From NCBI GenBank assembly GCA_030141605.1, contig JAQGDQ010000345.1, positions 204,062 to 252,554 of the forward strand: a DNA stretch of 48,493 bases. The letters run 5' to 3'. The notes under the pieces are model-generated. The model worked only from the letters and a program-made list of their open reading frames with translations, was not told where the DNA came from and searched no databases. Source of the stretch: Tubiluchus corallicola (Eukaryota; Animalia; Priapulida). A program made the translations under genes and the position numbers. Of this stretch, positions 1 to 10,400 are shown in pieces; within the stretch, counting starts at the first letter, position 1; every line of letters begins with the position of its first letter.

Positions 1-152
1 TATTAGTAACAAAATCACATTATTCAATAACATGTATACCTTGACTTTAATGTTTTTCACACTAAGGTAATTTGCAAGAAAAAAGAAAATATCTTAGCAA
101 GTAAATGCTTATTCATTGGAGATCAAGCTCTACTTAACCTAACAATTCGAAT

Positions 153-1337
153 TTAGGCTCTTGAGAAAACATCAGCAAGATTTTCAGAACCTTTCTTGTA
201 TTCTATGTCAAAATTATATTCTGAGAGAAGAAGAGACCATCTACAGATCTTTCTGTTTTTATTTCTCATTTGGTGTAGAAACGTTAGACTTCTTTGATCT
301 GTGCATATTGTAAACTTTCGACCTAACAAGTAGTAGCGAAGTTTTTCAACTGCATAGATAATAGCAAGCAGTTCTAATTCTACTATAGAGTACCTAGATT
401 CTGCACTTGAGAGTTTGCGGCTTAAGTATGTAATAGGTTTTTCATTGCCATCATCGTCAACTTGTGTCAGTATGGCACCTAAGCCTTGAAAACTAGCATC
501 TGTTGTTAATTTAAACGGCTTGGAAAAGTTTGGACTTTTCAGTACTGATTCTGAGTGTAACGAGTTACGTAGTTTTTCAAAACTGTTCTCACACTCTGTT
601 GACCAGTGAATATCATTGGGTTTGTGTTTTTGTGTCAGTTCAAATAGGGGAGCAGCAATTTTTGCAAAACCAGGGACAAAACGGCGATAAAAGCCAACAA
701 GACCAAGAAATGAGCGGACTTGTTTTTTTGTCATTGGTCGAGGAAAGTTAGAAATTGCTTCAATTTTTTGTGGTTGTGGTTTGATCTGACTATTGCCAAT
801 GATATGACCGAGAAACTTAGTTTCTGTTTGTGCAAAGTTACATTTCAGTGGTTTTACTGTAAGACCAGCTTCTCTGATTAGTGAAAGAACTTGATGAATA
901 TGATCAAGATGTTCTTCCCACGTATTACTCTTTATTATCACATCATCTATGTAGCCGCGGGCATGTTGAATGATAGGTTCTAGGACTTGGTCCACTAGTC
1001 TTTGAGCTGTTGCACTCGAATTACATAAGCCGAAAGGCATTACGTTAAAGTGCCATTTTCCAAATTCAGTAACGAAAGCTGTAATTGGTTTAGAGCTTTC
1101 TTTCATTGGAACTTGCCAATAGTATTTAGTCATGTCGAGACTAGTGATGTAGTGAGCACCTTGTAACTCATCTAACATTTCGTCCATTCTTGGAAGAGGA
1201 TAGTTATCGAAATGTGTAACTTTGTTGACTTTTCTGAAGTCAATGCAAAAACGAATTGTATTATCTTCCTTAGGAACAATTACTATCGGACTAGCCCAAG
1301 GACTATCAGATTTTTCGATGACGCCTAACATCTCCAT
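153..1337 (-). CDS. pol: Reverse transcriptase / RNase H of the retrotransposon, separated from the upstream pol region by a frameshift near 1390
   Basis: SPWASPIVIVPK, RFCIDFRKVN, MPFGL, YIDD, FLGLVGFYRRF; RNase H TDAS, ELELLAI, ADVFSR; stop codon at 153-155. Confidence 0.93.
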   Translation of the reverse strand: MEMLGVIEKSDSPWASPIVIVPKEDNTIRFCIDFRKVNKVTHFDNYPLPRMDEMLDELQGAHYITSLDMTKYYWQVPMKESSKPITAFVTEFGKWHFNVMPFGLCNSSATAQRLVDQVLEPIIQHARGYIDDVIIKSNTWEEHLDHIHQVLSLIREAGLTVKPLKCNFAQTETKFLGHIIGNSQIKPQPQKIEAISNFPRPMTKKQVRSFLGLVGFYRRFVPGFAKIAAPLFELTQKHKPNDIHWSTECENSFEKLRNSLHSESVLKSPNFSKPFKLTTDASFQGLGAILTQVDDDGNEKPITYLSRKLSSAESRYSIVELELLAIIYAVEKLRYYLLGRKFTICTDQRSLTFLHQMRNKNRKICRWSLLLSEYNFDIEYKKGSENLADVFSRA

Positions 1338-3329
1338 TTCTTTAATTTCTTTGTATATCGCCTCCCGCTGAGTTTGTGCAGAACGATTATATTAGAAGAA
1401 ATGGGCTTGTCAGTGTTTATCAATATCTCATGTTCAATGAGGTTTGTCTTTCCTGGAATATCTGAAAAAACATCCGTGAACTGTTCAAGAGCATTCTTGA
1501 GTTCTTTGACTTTTGCTTCATCTAGATGTTCTGGATATTTTATATCATCAACAGTTTGCTTTTGTTCTACCTTTGTTGGTGGAAAACAACTGTCATCCAG
1601 TTTGCCTTCCTGCATTGGTGAATCAGAAGAAGTATCATCATAGAGTTTTGGGAAATCTGAATAAACCGATAAGAGAGAAGGACTATCTATGGAAGATGCC
1701 ATCAGCTGAAGGGCAGTCTTCGGTAATATGTTCTGTGAGAAGAGGATTTCTGTCTCGTCTCTTGAATACCAAGGTTGAATGAGATTAATATGAAAATTCT
1801 GTTGTTTCTTCTTTCGACCACCTAAAGCAATTTTGTATACGTGGTCTGAGATTTTGTCCACAACCTCATATGGACCTTTCCACTGTTTTTGCATTTTCTT
1901 TTTGGACTTAGGAAGAAGAAGTTTAACCAGTGAGCCTATCTCAAGAGAACGATCTCTAGATTTTCTATCATACCACTCGGCTTGTGCAATCTTTGCTTTC
2001 TTGAGTGACTCTCTGACATTGTCAGTGCTGTCTTCCATTCTATGCAGAATTGTTGCAACATATTCATCAACATCTTGTGGTGATGAAGATTGTTTCAGTC
2101 CCCATCTTCTAGATAAAGTAGCCATTGGGCCATTGACTGGGTAGCCATAAGCCAATTCAAAAGGACTATAGCCTGTACTCTTCTGTGGCACTTCTCTATA
2201 TGCAAAGAGTATAAAAGGTAATAGTTCGTCCCAGTCTGACTCTTTGTGATCGATGGCTAAGTTTCTTAATGGACTGTTTCAGAACATCATTCATTTTCTC
2301 TACCAAACCATTTGATTCAGGATGGTATGGAGTGGAGAATATACCTTTAATATGTATGGCCTCCTCGAGATCCTTGATCAGTGTAGATTTGAACTGTGTT
2401 CCTTGATCACAATGGATTTCTTCAGGAATTCCATGTCTACACATGAAGTGAGTAAGAGCATCCGCTACAGAAGATGCTGTTTGATTCTTCATGGGGTAGC
2501 AATCTGGAAAACGGGTTGCTTGGTCAATTATTGTAAGAGCATATCTGTTGCCTTGCTTCGTTTTTTGCAGAGGGCCAATAATGTCAATATTCAACCTTGC
2601 AAACGGTTTTTCAATAATAGGAAGTGGTTTGAGTCTAGCTCTATCTGCTTTCATTATACGGCTGGTTTTCTGACATGAAGTGCAAGTTTTAATGTACTTC
2701 TTTATGGCAGAATGGACCCCTGGCCAAGTATAATAGTCAAGAACACGATGAGTTGTTTTCCGTATCCCAAAATGGGCGGCAGTTCTAGCATCATGTGCAA
2801 GCTCAAGAACCTGTAATCTTCTGGTGGAAGGTACTACTAGTAACTCCAAGAAGGAATTGTCTCGCTTCTTTTTCTTGAGAAGGAATAAGACATTATCTCT
2901 GAGAAAGTATCCTGATCCTTGTTTCTTTGCTTCAGAATACATCAGAAGATGATCAAAAAGATTTCTGAGAGTGGCATCCTCTCTTTGCTCAGCAGCAAGT
3001 TTAATCCTGTTGACACTTGCTAAAAGATCTGTGTCTTGATACTCTGCTGCTAGAGTATTTGGGTTATCTGGAAGTGTATCTGCACTATCAGTCTCCCTGA
3101 GACTTTCTTGCTTTTGTTCATCAGTAAGCATCTTTACTGCATCCTTTTGTATTCGTTGCTCAAGGTTTTGTTTGCGTGCTTGAGACCGAGTAGCAACAAG
3201 TACATCTGGCGAACAAGAAATGGTATGCTTAGGATCATTTAGGATCCGCTCCTTAGGATTGGTCCAAGCATCTACCTTTAAGGCATCCTTCAAAGTTTGA
3301 CAAGAAGTACCTATCTTTAGCAACAGCAT
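1325..3329 (-). pseudogene. Integrase (HHCC zinc finger, DDE core, GPY/F C-terminus) plus linker, split by a frameshift near 2258
   Basis: AHD...AHFG...CTSCQ; IDIIGP, CDQG, PESNGLVE. Continues in the +1 frame as AIDHKESDWDELLPFILFAYREVPQKSTGYSPFEL and WKGPYEV. Confidence 0.88.
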
Positions 3330-5280
3330 GAGTATATAATTTATTGTAGTACTCGCTCGAGTCTACTGTGCTAGTAGCTTTTGAGATAGCTTTACCTTTT
3401 TCTTTTTCTTCATCTTTATGTTTAGGATGGATGACTGGCGGTCTATTTTGAGAAGACCTAACCTCCGCTTTCACTTTATTCGAGAAGGGAGTGTCTTTCT
3501 CTTTAATTCTGGCCATATCTTTAGCAGAGAAAGGAGTAAGGCTCATTTTGAAGTCCGTCCCCAATACAAAATCAACTGGGAGATTCTCTTCCACTGCAGC
3601 AATTAGCCAACCAGTCGCGATTTCGCTTTTAACTGGGATGCGTACCAGAGGGTTTTTCAGGCTATAACCGTGGCAGCATTTGGTGTATGTATCTTTACCA
3701 AGGTACTGATCATCTGATACATAACCTGGATGAACAAGGGAACTATCGGCACCCGTGTCTAGAAGACCGATCAAAGGAAATCCATTCACAACAATGGGAA
3801 ACCTGTGATCATTTTTCTGATCAAACTTGACAACTGGTATAGCAGACGTTGAGTTGGCTCTTTGCGTTTGATGAGATTCGCTGAGCAATTGTCGTCTTGC
3901 TGCTTTGTTGTCAATGTATTTGTTTTTCTGTTGATTGCTGTTGTTTCTTGAAACATTGTTGCTATTAGCATTGTTTCTTTTAAAGCAATCTTGGGTTGTG
4001 TGGTTTCTTTTGCCACATATAAGACATTGTAAGTCTTTATTTCTAGCTGCATCTGATGACTTAACATTTTCACTGTAGCTACGAAAGCTTTGTCTATGTT
4101 GTAGTCTTGGGCTCAGTGGTTTATTATTCGGTACATTGGTAAGAGAACTGGCATATACATCGGCAAGTTCAGCCATATCTGCATATGAAGTGTATGTTTG
4201 ACACTTTAGATAAGAAACCATGTCCGAAGGCAGTTTGTTGTACGCATCTTCTAGAAAGAAAATGTCACAAACTTCGTCTATTGTCTTTGGTTGTAATGAA
4301 TTGATCCACAATAGACCATTCTGTTTAATTCTCTTGAAAAATGATTTGTAATTTTCTGAGCGTTTTTTCTGTGTTGCTCTGAAATCATGTCTGAACTGAT
4401 CTTTTGAAATTTTGTAGCAGTTCAAGAGATGTTCTTTGACTTTTGTGTAGTCAATAATGTCACTAGGATTCATCTCTATCAAAAAGTCTGATGCTCTGCC
4501 TGTGAGCACTCTACCTAAATTAGCTGAGTATTCCTCCAACGGGACATTATGGAGTGTCATTATATTCTCAAAGTATGTTAAGAAATGGTGAATCTTGTCT
4601 TTTGATTCATCATAATGACGCATTTTGACTGTTGTAGGTTGTTTCGTGAAAGGATTAGTTGATGTATGTGACAACACAGGTGTACTACATTTGTTAGACT
4701 CTAAGTTTATTTGTGCCATTTGTAATTCGAAGCGACGTGCTTCTTGTTTATCTTTATCAGCTAATTCCATTTTTCTTTGTTCAAATTCATACTGTATTTG
4801 CAGCATTTGTGAAAGAACTTGTAATTGTTCAGCTGACTGCACTTTTTCAATTGTACTGAGTATTTCTTTTACCCCAAAAGTGGTATCTCTGACTTGATCA
4901 AAATCAGGGCCACCTTCTGCGGCAATTATTTGTGCTGGAACTTTTGTTCTAACGCTGGGCTTAAGGACCTGTTCCACAGTACTGAGGTTTGTTTGTTTAT
5001 CAACTGGTGCTTCCACTTTATCTGCACCACCTTTATGTAAAGGGTCAAATAAGTGAGTTGGTCGTTTATCACCATCTGTACCTACTAATGTGTCTGATTT
5101 TTCTTGGGCAATCTGCTGAGATAAATCTGGGTGTTTATCATGTTGGAGTTGAGTCACTAAAATTTCATTAATTAACTCTTGCTTTGCAAGTTGTCCAACT
5201 TTAATATTTAGAGATTTAGAAATTCTCTTTAACTCAGTGACAGGTTTACTGTTTAATTCTTCATGCGTGAATTCATCCAT
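3253..5280 (-). CDS. gag: Gag-protease region of the retrotransposon (SCAN-like capsid segment, CCHC zinc knuckle, aspartic protease)
   Basis: First ATG at 5280 (MDEFTHEEL). Segment DYTKVKEHLL...QFRHDFR...W...FFLEDAYNKLP resembles the Gmr1 Gag/SCAN region. Motifs CLICGKRNHTTQDC and GLLDTGADSSLV. Confidence 0.85.
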   Translation of the reverse strand: MDEFTHEELNSKPVTELKRISKSLNIKVGQLAKQELINEILVTQLQHDKHPDLSQQIAQEKSDTLVGTDGDKRPTHLFDPLHKGGADKVEAPVDKQTNLSTVEQVLKPSVRTKVPAQIIAAEGGPDFDQVRDTTFGVKEILSTIEKVQSAEQLQVLSQMLQIQYEFEQRKMELADKDKQEARRFELQMAQINLESNKCSTPVLSHTSTNPFTKQPTTVKMRHYDESKDKIHHFLTYFENIMTLHNVPLEEYSANLGRVLTGRASDFLIEMNPSDIIDYTKVKEHLLNCYKISKDQFRHDFRATQKKRSENYKSFFKRIKQNGLLWINSLQPKTIDEVCDIFFLEDAYNKLPSDMVSYLKCQTYTSYADMAELADVYASSLTNVPNNKPLSPRLQHRQSFRSYSENVKSSDAARNKDLQCLICGKRNHTTQDCFKRNNANSNNVSRNNSNQQKNKYIDNKAARRQLLSESHQTQRANSTSAIPVVKFDQKNDHRFPIVVNGFPLIGLLDTGADSSLVHPGYVSDDQYLGKDTYTKCCHGYSLKNPLVRIPVKSEIATGWLIAAVEENLPVDFVLGTDFKMSLTPFSAKDMARIKEKDTPFSNKVKAEVRSSQNRPPVIHPKHKDEEKEKGKAISKATSTVDSSEYYNKLYTHAVAKDRYFLSNFEGCLKGRCLDQS

Positions 5281-5898
5281 GGTACAATAATGAGCAGGGA
5301 TTTGCAATTCCAGTTTAACTGAACAACCAATAAGTCACCTGGCTTCTATAATAAACTTTGTATCAATAAGGTAATGTTAAACGCTTTACTATCGTTCAAG
5401 GACAGCTAAGAGCAATAAAATTTTCAATGGCTCTATATTTACCAGCTACCGGTTTTACATGCAGCCGTTTATAAACGCAAATTTATCTGAATGTGACCAG
5501 CTAACGTTATCTGGGTCACACCGTCTGAGTGGAAATTTCTTATCAAAACAGCTGACTGAAAAACGCAGACTTGTAAGACAGTAATAGCACTGTAACTAAG
5601 ACAATTAATAGACATGCATTCAATGGCTCAAATAGAAATAATCCTAACCACAACAACAATCATATCAATAACTTCAGGCAGATAACACTAAATCCAAATT
5701 TCAAGCAAAATTGACAATATTAATATGTAGGGCCAAATTTGACAGCTTAATACTGTATGGCTTCTTTCATTCACCTAAAACAACTTTGATACTTTACTCC
5801 AAGGTTAATAACTTGGTTAGTCTACTTAAGCAAAACTACTAAGCAGAATGAAAAATAAACATTTGCAACTTTGTAAAATGGGTTTGTTATAAAGAAAA

Positions 5899-5910
5899 CC
5901 GTTGCCACCA
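5899..5910 (-). promoter_or_regulatory. Primer-binding site, tRNA-Leu-like (TGGTGGCAACGG)
   Basis: The minus strand reads ...CTCCCAACA tatt TGGTGGCAACGG. This is complementary, with one mismatch, to the CCGCTGCCACCA 3' end typical of tRNA-Leu. Confidence 0.7.
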
Positions 5911-5914
5911 AATA

Positions 5915-7049
5915 TGTTGGGAGCTAGTAGATTTTTATGGTGGGGGTGCAACTCTTTACCTCCCAACTCATCCACAAATCTGACTACCCTGTCGCGTCAT
6001 CTTTTATTCACAATAAAAGGGTTGTGCAACATACGTGGGCGGTTGTTGTCCTACAATTTTCCAGAGGGCAACAAGGCATATGAACCAAAATTCAACGACA
6101 CAGGTATAATTAATATATCTTTAGTGAGGTTGCAATGTCGAAGGGCTCACTTGAAAAACCAGCGGGTCTAAGGCTTGATGTTACGTTTTACGGGGGTTTA
6201 CTTAGGCATTATGGTTTTCCATGTTGACCATGACATACATAGATTCCGAACATACCAACAACAAAATCTTATATGAAATGGAGGAAAAGATTATGATTAT
6301 GTTTACTATTTTTATTCACTTTTTACTCTGTTTAGATAAATCAGAACAGGTTAAATTATCAATAACAGTTTCGCATAAAAGCATAATAACAAAAATGACA
6401 AAGTGGAAAGAAAACAAAATGTCTACTTATCAGTTAACCCTTCCCCTGAGAGGACAAGGACATAGGATAGGAGTCCGCGGACGTAGCTCACTCCAGTCAG
6501 TCACAGCAACACATCAACGACTTCAAGTCTATGGCCATAACAATCAACGGTGATGACGCCGGCTGCAGCACCAATCAAACATGAACTAAGGAATGGCTCA
6601 CAAGTCTCTGTGGTTGACTCAGGATACGTCCACAATCCACAACGTCTGGACACTGGTGGCTAGTCACGCATTTCCATGTAGTTTAGAATAAGACACATCG
6701 TAGAAAGTTCCAACATCTCATCAGTCTGAATAAAGCTCCATCCACAACATCAAAACTGAAGTAGTTTGGTATCACCACTGATAGTCTCTTTATGTTAGAT
6801 CAGTCAAATAGTAGATGTGCACAAGTTTAGTGCTTCAAAGACTCTTATAATCAAGTTTAGGATTTTAACCATTTTCGTAAAGTAAAGTTAAAGTTAAGAG
6901 TTAAAGCATTTTTGGCTGCTTTCAGATTCAGCAGTTACACTGTACTCTCCTGGATATCTGTCTCATGCACTTTCCAAGATCATGTTATGCATGGATAGTT
7001 TATAGTATATTACGAACGGAGGGGTGATAGGTAGGAAGCCCTTCCCACA
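5915..7049 (-). repeat. Putative 5' LTR (about 1.1 kb)
   Basis: 3' end ...CCCAACA lies 4 nt before the PBS, and AATAAA on the minus strand near 6003-6008. Candidate start TGTGGGAAG at 7049 is an imperfect inverted repeat of the end. There is no second LTR in the window to confirm it. Confidence 0.55.
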
Positions 7050-7206
7050 GACTATACTACAGCAATATCTAGTTTAGCTATGTGTAAGAACCTTACACCC
7101 AGTAAAAAAGCAACTACGTAGTGAAAGGGTTAACTGACAAGTATTGCTTTGCTACAACTTCTCATCTTGCAAACGAATTTCAACCAAACTAAAAGTTTGA
7201 ACTCAC

Positions 7207-7422
7207 AATCTTATTTTCGCTCTCCAACCACGTGTCTTTCAAGTTGCCATGGTAACGAATCAGCTTATAGCCCACGTGGCTTGGCTCTAGGTTGAGATCA
7301 CCGGCTAGTATGCACACATCGGCCGACTGCCGCGTGGCACGTATGAATTGAGCCGTCTCGAATGCTTGAACTACTCTGTGCGATATATACTCATCATTGT
7401 CAATGGAATACTGCGCATGAAG
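7207..7422 (-). CDS. SMPD2: SMPD2 coding exon 5 (LHAQYSIDNDEYISHRVVQAFE...LAGDLN...DTWLESENKI)
   Basis: ctag acceptor, ATT|gtgagt donor, 72 open codons, GDLN motif. Missed by the ORF track. Confidence 0.92.
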
Positions 7423-10400
7423 CTAGAATGGGAATTAAAGAAATTTAATATTTGAAGAAATACAAAAGATAAATAAACCCAGCAAGTCCTCGCTTAAAGG
7501 ACAAGAAAAGGAGCACCTGAAGTAGGTTTCAGAAAAATCGCCTTAAAAAATTATTAGCGTTGAAAGGAATTTTTGTTTGTTTTCATTTTAAATCTCCCGC
7601 AATACTGTTCCAACGGCGCCACTACATGACGTCACTAAAACACGTAAATCGGGGGAAGAAAAGGAAATGTTAAATTATGAGCCAAAAAACTTTCCGTGCA
7701 AATCTATATTACTTGGTTTATCACGTACCTATTGGAAAGACTTATGTAACTAGACTAATAGTTTAAAATGTTTGCGCCAATTGGTAAAATGTCACTGACT
7801 CACTCTCCAGGGTGCGCCACTCACTGACCAAAAAACGTATTTTTAATCATATTGACAAGATACAGTAATTTTAAATTTTATTAGTTGTTGACTTGTGTGC
7901 TACGAATGCTCTGATTATTTTTTCAAACTTTACTTAATGTTATCTAAACTTGTTTCAAACGACCTACCTCTAAAATGGCTGCGTCTAACGGTCATCGCGG
8001 GAGTTTAAATTTACATGTTTTATACAGCGTGACTGCAGATGCAAGCCGTGCATACGAAAAGATAGTATGTAAGTGGTATAAAATTTCGAGACAAATTTTT
8101 TTAAGCTTTATGTAAGTGGAGGGTTTTCTTGTGCTTTAACGATGCTAATGTGTTCCAGCAAAACGCAACGCTAAACGAAAATGTCGTTAAACGAAACCGA
8201 GACTTCCATAGAAAGTAATTTTTACATGGGCCTCATTATTTTAATTAAGATTTAATTCTTTTTTTATTTTATTTTATATCGTTCTTATAATTAATTGTAA
8301 TTTTTCTGCTGTAAGTTTGAATAAACTAACTAACTACTTAATTAACTATTTAAAGAGAAGCTAAGAGATATGAAAACTTACGTGTGTTGCATAGACGTGA
8401 ATCCGCAGACGTTCCATTTCGATGACGCACATCCCCAGGCACTTCCCGCCGAACCAGTCGCCATGCTGCACCTTGTGTGCGTAGCCGTTCAGGGAATACC
8501 GATGCATGATCGTGTCAATGATACGGCCCTTGCTGAATATGCATAATCCTGCTCCGATGAAACCACTACGGAAAAATAAGATCATCAGAGCAGAGACTGG
8601 ATTCTTTCGACTTTAGTGGAACCTGAATTTTTACACAATGCTAACTGTGGTCAATGAAAGTTAAACGGCAAACAAAATTGACGCTTTTCAAAGGCGTCTT
8701 TTCAGAAAATTACTAGGAATTAAATGGGCTGACAAAATATCCAATGATGACCTGTAAGATGTGGTCAAGTAGAATCCTTGGAGTTAACAAATACAAGTAA
8801 GAAGATTGCATTGGATTGAGCATGCACTAAGATTAAATGGTCTGACAAAATATCCAATGATGACCTGTAAGATGTGGTCAAGTAGAATCCTTGGAGTAAA
8901 CAAATACAAGTAAGAAGATTGGATTGGATTGTGCATACACTAAGATTAAATGGTCTGACAGAATATCCAATGATGATCTGTATGATGTGGTCAAGTAGAA
9001 TCCTTGGAGTAAACAAATACAAGTAAGAAGATTGCATTGGATTGAGCATACACTAAGATTAAATGGTCTGACAGAATATCCAATGATGACCTGTATGATG
9101 TGGTCAAGAAGAATCCTTGGAGTAAACAAATACAAGTAAGAAGATTGGATTGGATTGTGCATACACTAAGATTAAATGGTCTGACAGAATATCCAATGAT
9201 GACCTGTATGATGTGGTCAAGAAGAATCCTTGAAGTAAACAAATACAAGTAAGAAGATTGCATTGGATTGAGCATACACTAAGATTAAATGGTCTGACAG
9301 AATATCCAATGATGACCTGTATGATGTGGTCAAGAAGAATCCTTGGAATAAACAAATACAAGTAAGAAGATTGCATTGGATTGGGCATACACTAAGATTA
9401 AATGGTCTGACAGAATATCCAATGATGATCTGTATGATGTGGTCAAGAAGAATCCTTGGAGTAAACAAATACAAGTAAGAAGATTGCATTGGATTGAGCA
9501 TACACTAAGATTAAATGGTCTGACAGAATATCCAATGATGATCTGTATGATGTGGTCAAGTAGAATCCTTGGAGTAAACAAATACAAGTAAGAAGATTGG
9601 ATTGGATTGGGCATACACTAAGATTAAATGGTCTGACAGAATATCCAATGATGACCTGTATGATGTGGTCAAGAAGAATTCTTGGAGTAAACAAATACAA
9701 GGAAAAGATTGGATTGGATTGAGCATGCACTAAGATTAAATGGTCTGACAGAATATCCAATGATGACCTGTATGATGCATAGGCATACGGGCCGATTTTT
9801 CCAGGGTCGGGGCTGAACTACTTTTGCGCAAAAAATACTCGGAAAAAGTGCAAGTCAATTTCAAGTCGGGAATTGCGTCACCCTCACCCCGTGATCAAAA
9901 AATGCCCAGATTTCGGGCATTTCATTTGGCGGCAGGGAGAAATTTCGAAATTTCCTTTTATGAAAAATATTATTTTAATTTTTCATCATTTGGGCCATGC
10001 CTGAAAAATTTTGTGGTTACTCGAAAAAATGTGTTTATCCGAATCCCAGGGGGGCTGCCACACCCGGCTGGTACGCCTGTGGCATGACGTGGTGAACAAG
10101 AGCCAATGGGCATGCACTAAGACTACCTCAAGACTAAAGAGTCTACACACAGAGGTGACTGGGTAATGTTCAGATATGAATATGTTCTCCCGTAATAAGG
10201 TAAGCAGACACAATTTCTGGTGTTGCAACAATGGTCACTCATCTATTCAGTGAACGGCTTCGGCACTGCTTAACTTTTTCTTATAACTTGGCTACTGCGC
10301 TTGTTCCACCACAAACAAGATTCTTGGGTATTTCTGATTTTGTACATATTCAAAAACAGAAAATTGGCCTCACCTGTGGAAATAGTAGGAATATGGTAAC

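Larger units (their letters stand above)
153..7049 (-). mobile_element. Ty3/Gypsy LTR retrotransposon of the Gmr1-like type (gag-PR-INT-RT-RNaseH), frameshifted; 3' LTR lies outside the window
   Basis: Four consecutive minus-strand ORFs carry the CCHC knuckle, DTG protease, HHCC/DDE integrase, YIDD RT and RNase H, with integrase upstream of RT. PBS at 5899-5910 and LTR end TGTTGGGAGC at 5915. The upstream LTR boundary (7049) is tentative. Confidence 0.9.
8600..10140 (+). mobile_element. Degenerate RTE-like LINE fragment (C-terminal part of the RT ORF)
   Basis: Translates KIDAFQRRLFRKLLGIKWADKISNDDL*DVVK*NPWS*QIQVRRLHWIEHALR and resumes GHALRLPQD near 10108. Confidence 0.75.

Noticed and set aside
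5281-5307. Track start MQIPAHYCT for gag
   Set aside because: It uses a TTG start; the first ATG is at 5280.
7243-7256. Perfect-looking X-box GTTGCCATGGTAAC
   Set aside because: It lies inside SMPD2 exon 5 and is explained by the codons for RYHGN.
8765-9760. Series of 94-aa minus-strand ORFs
   Set aside because: They are antisense readings of the 113-bp LINE-derived array.
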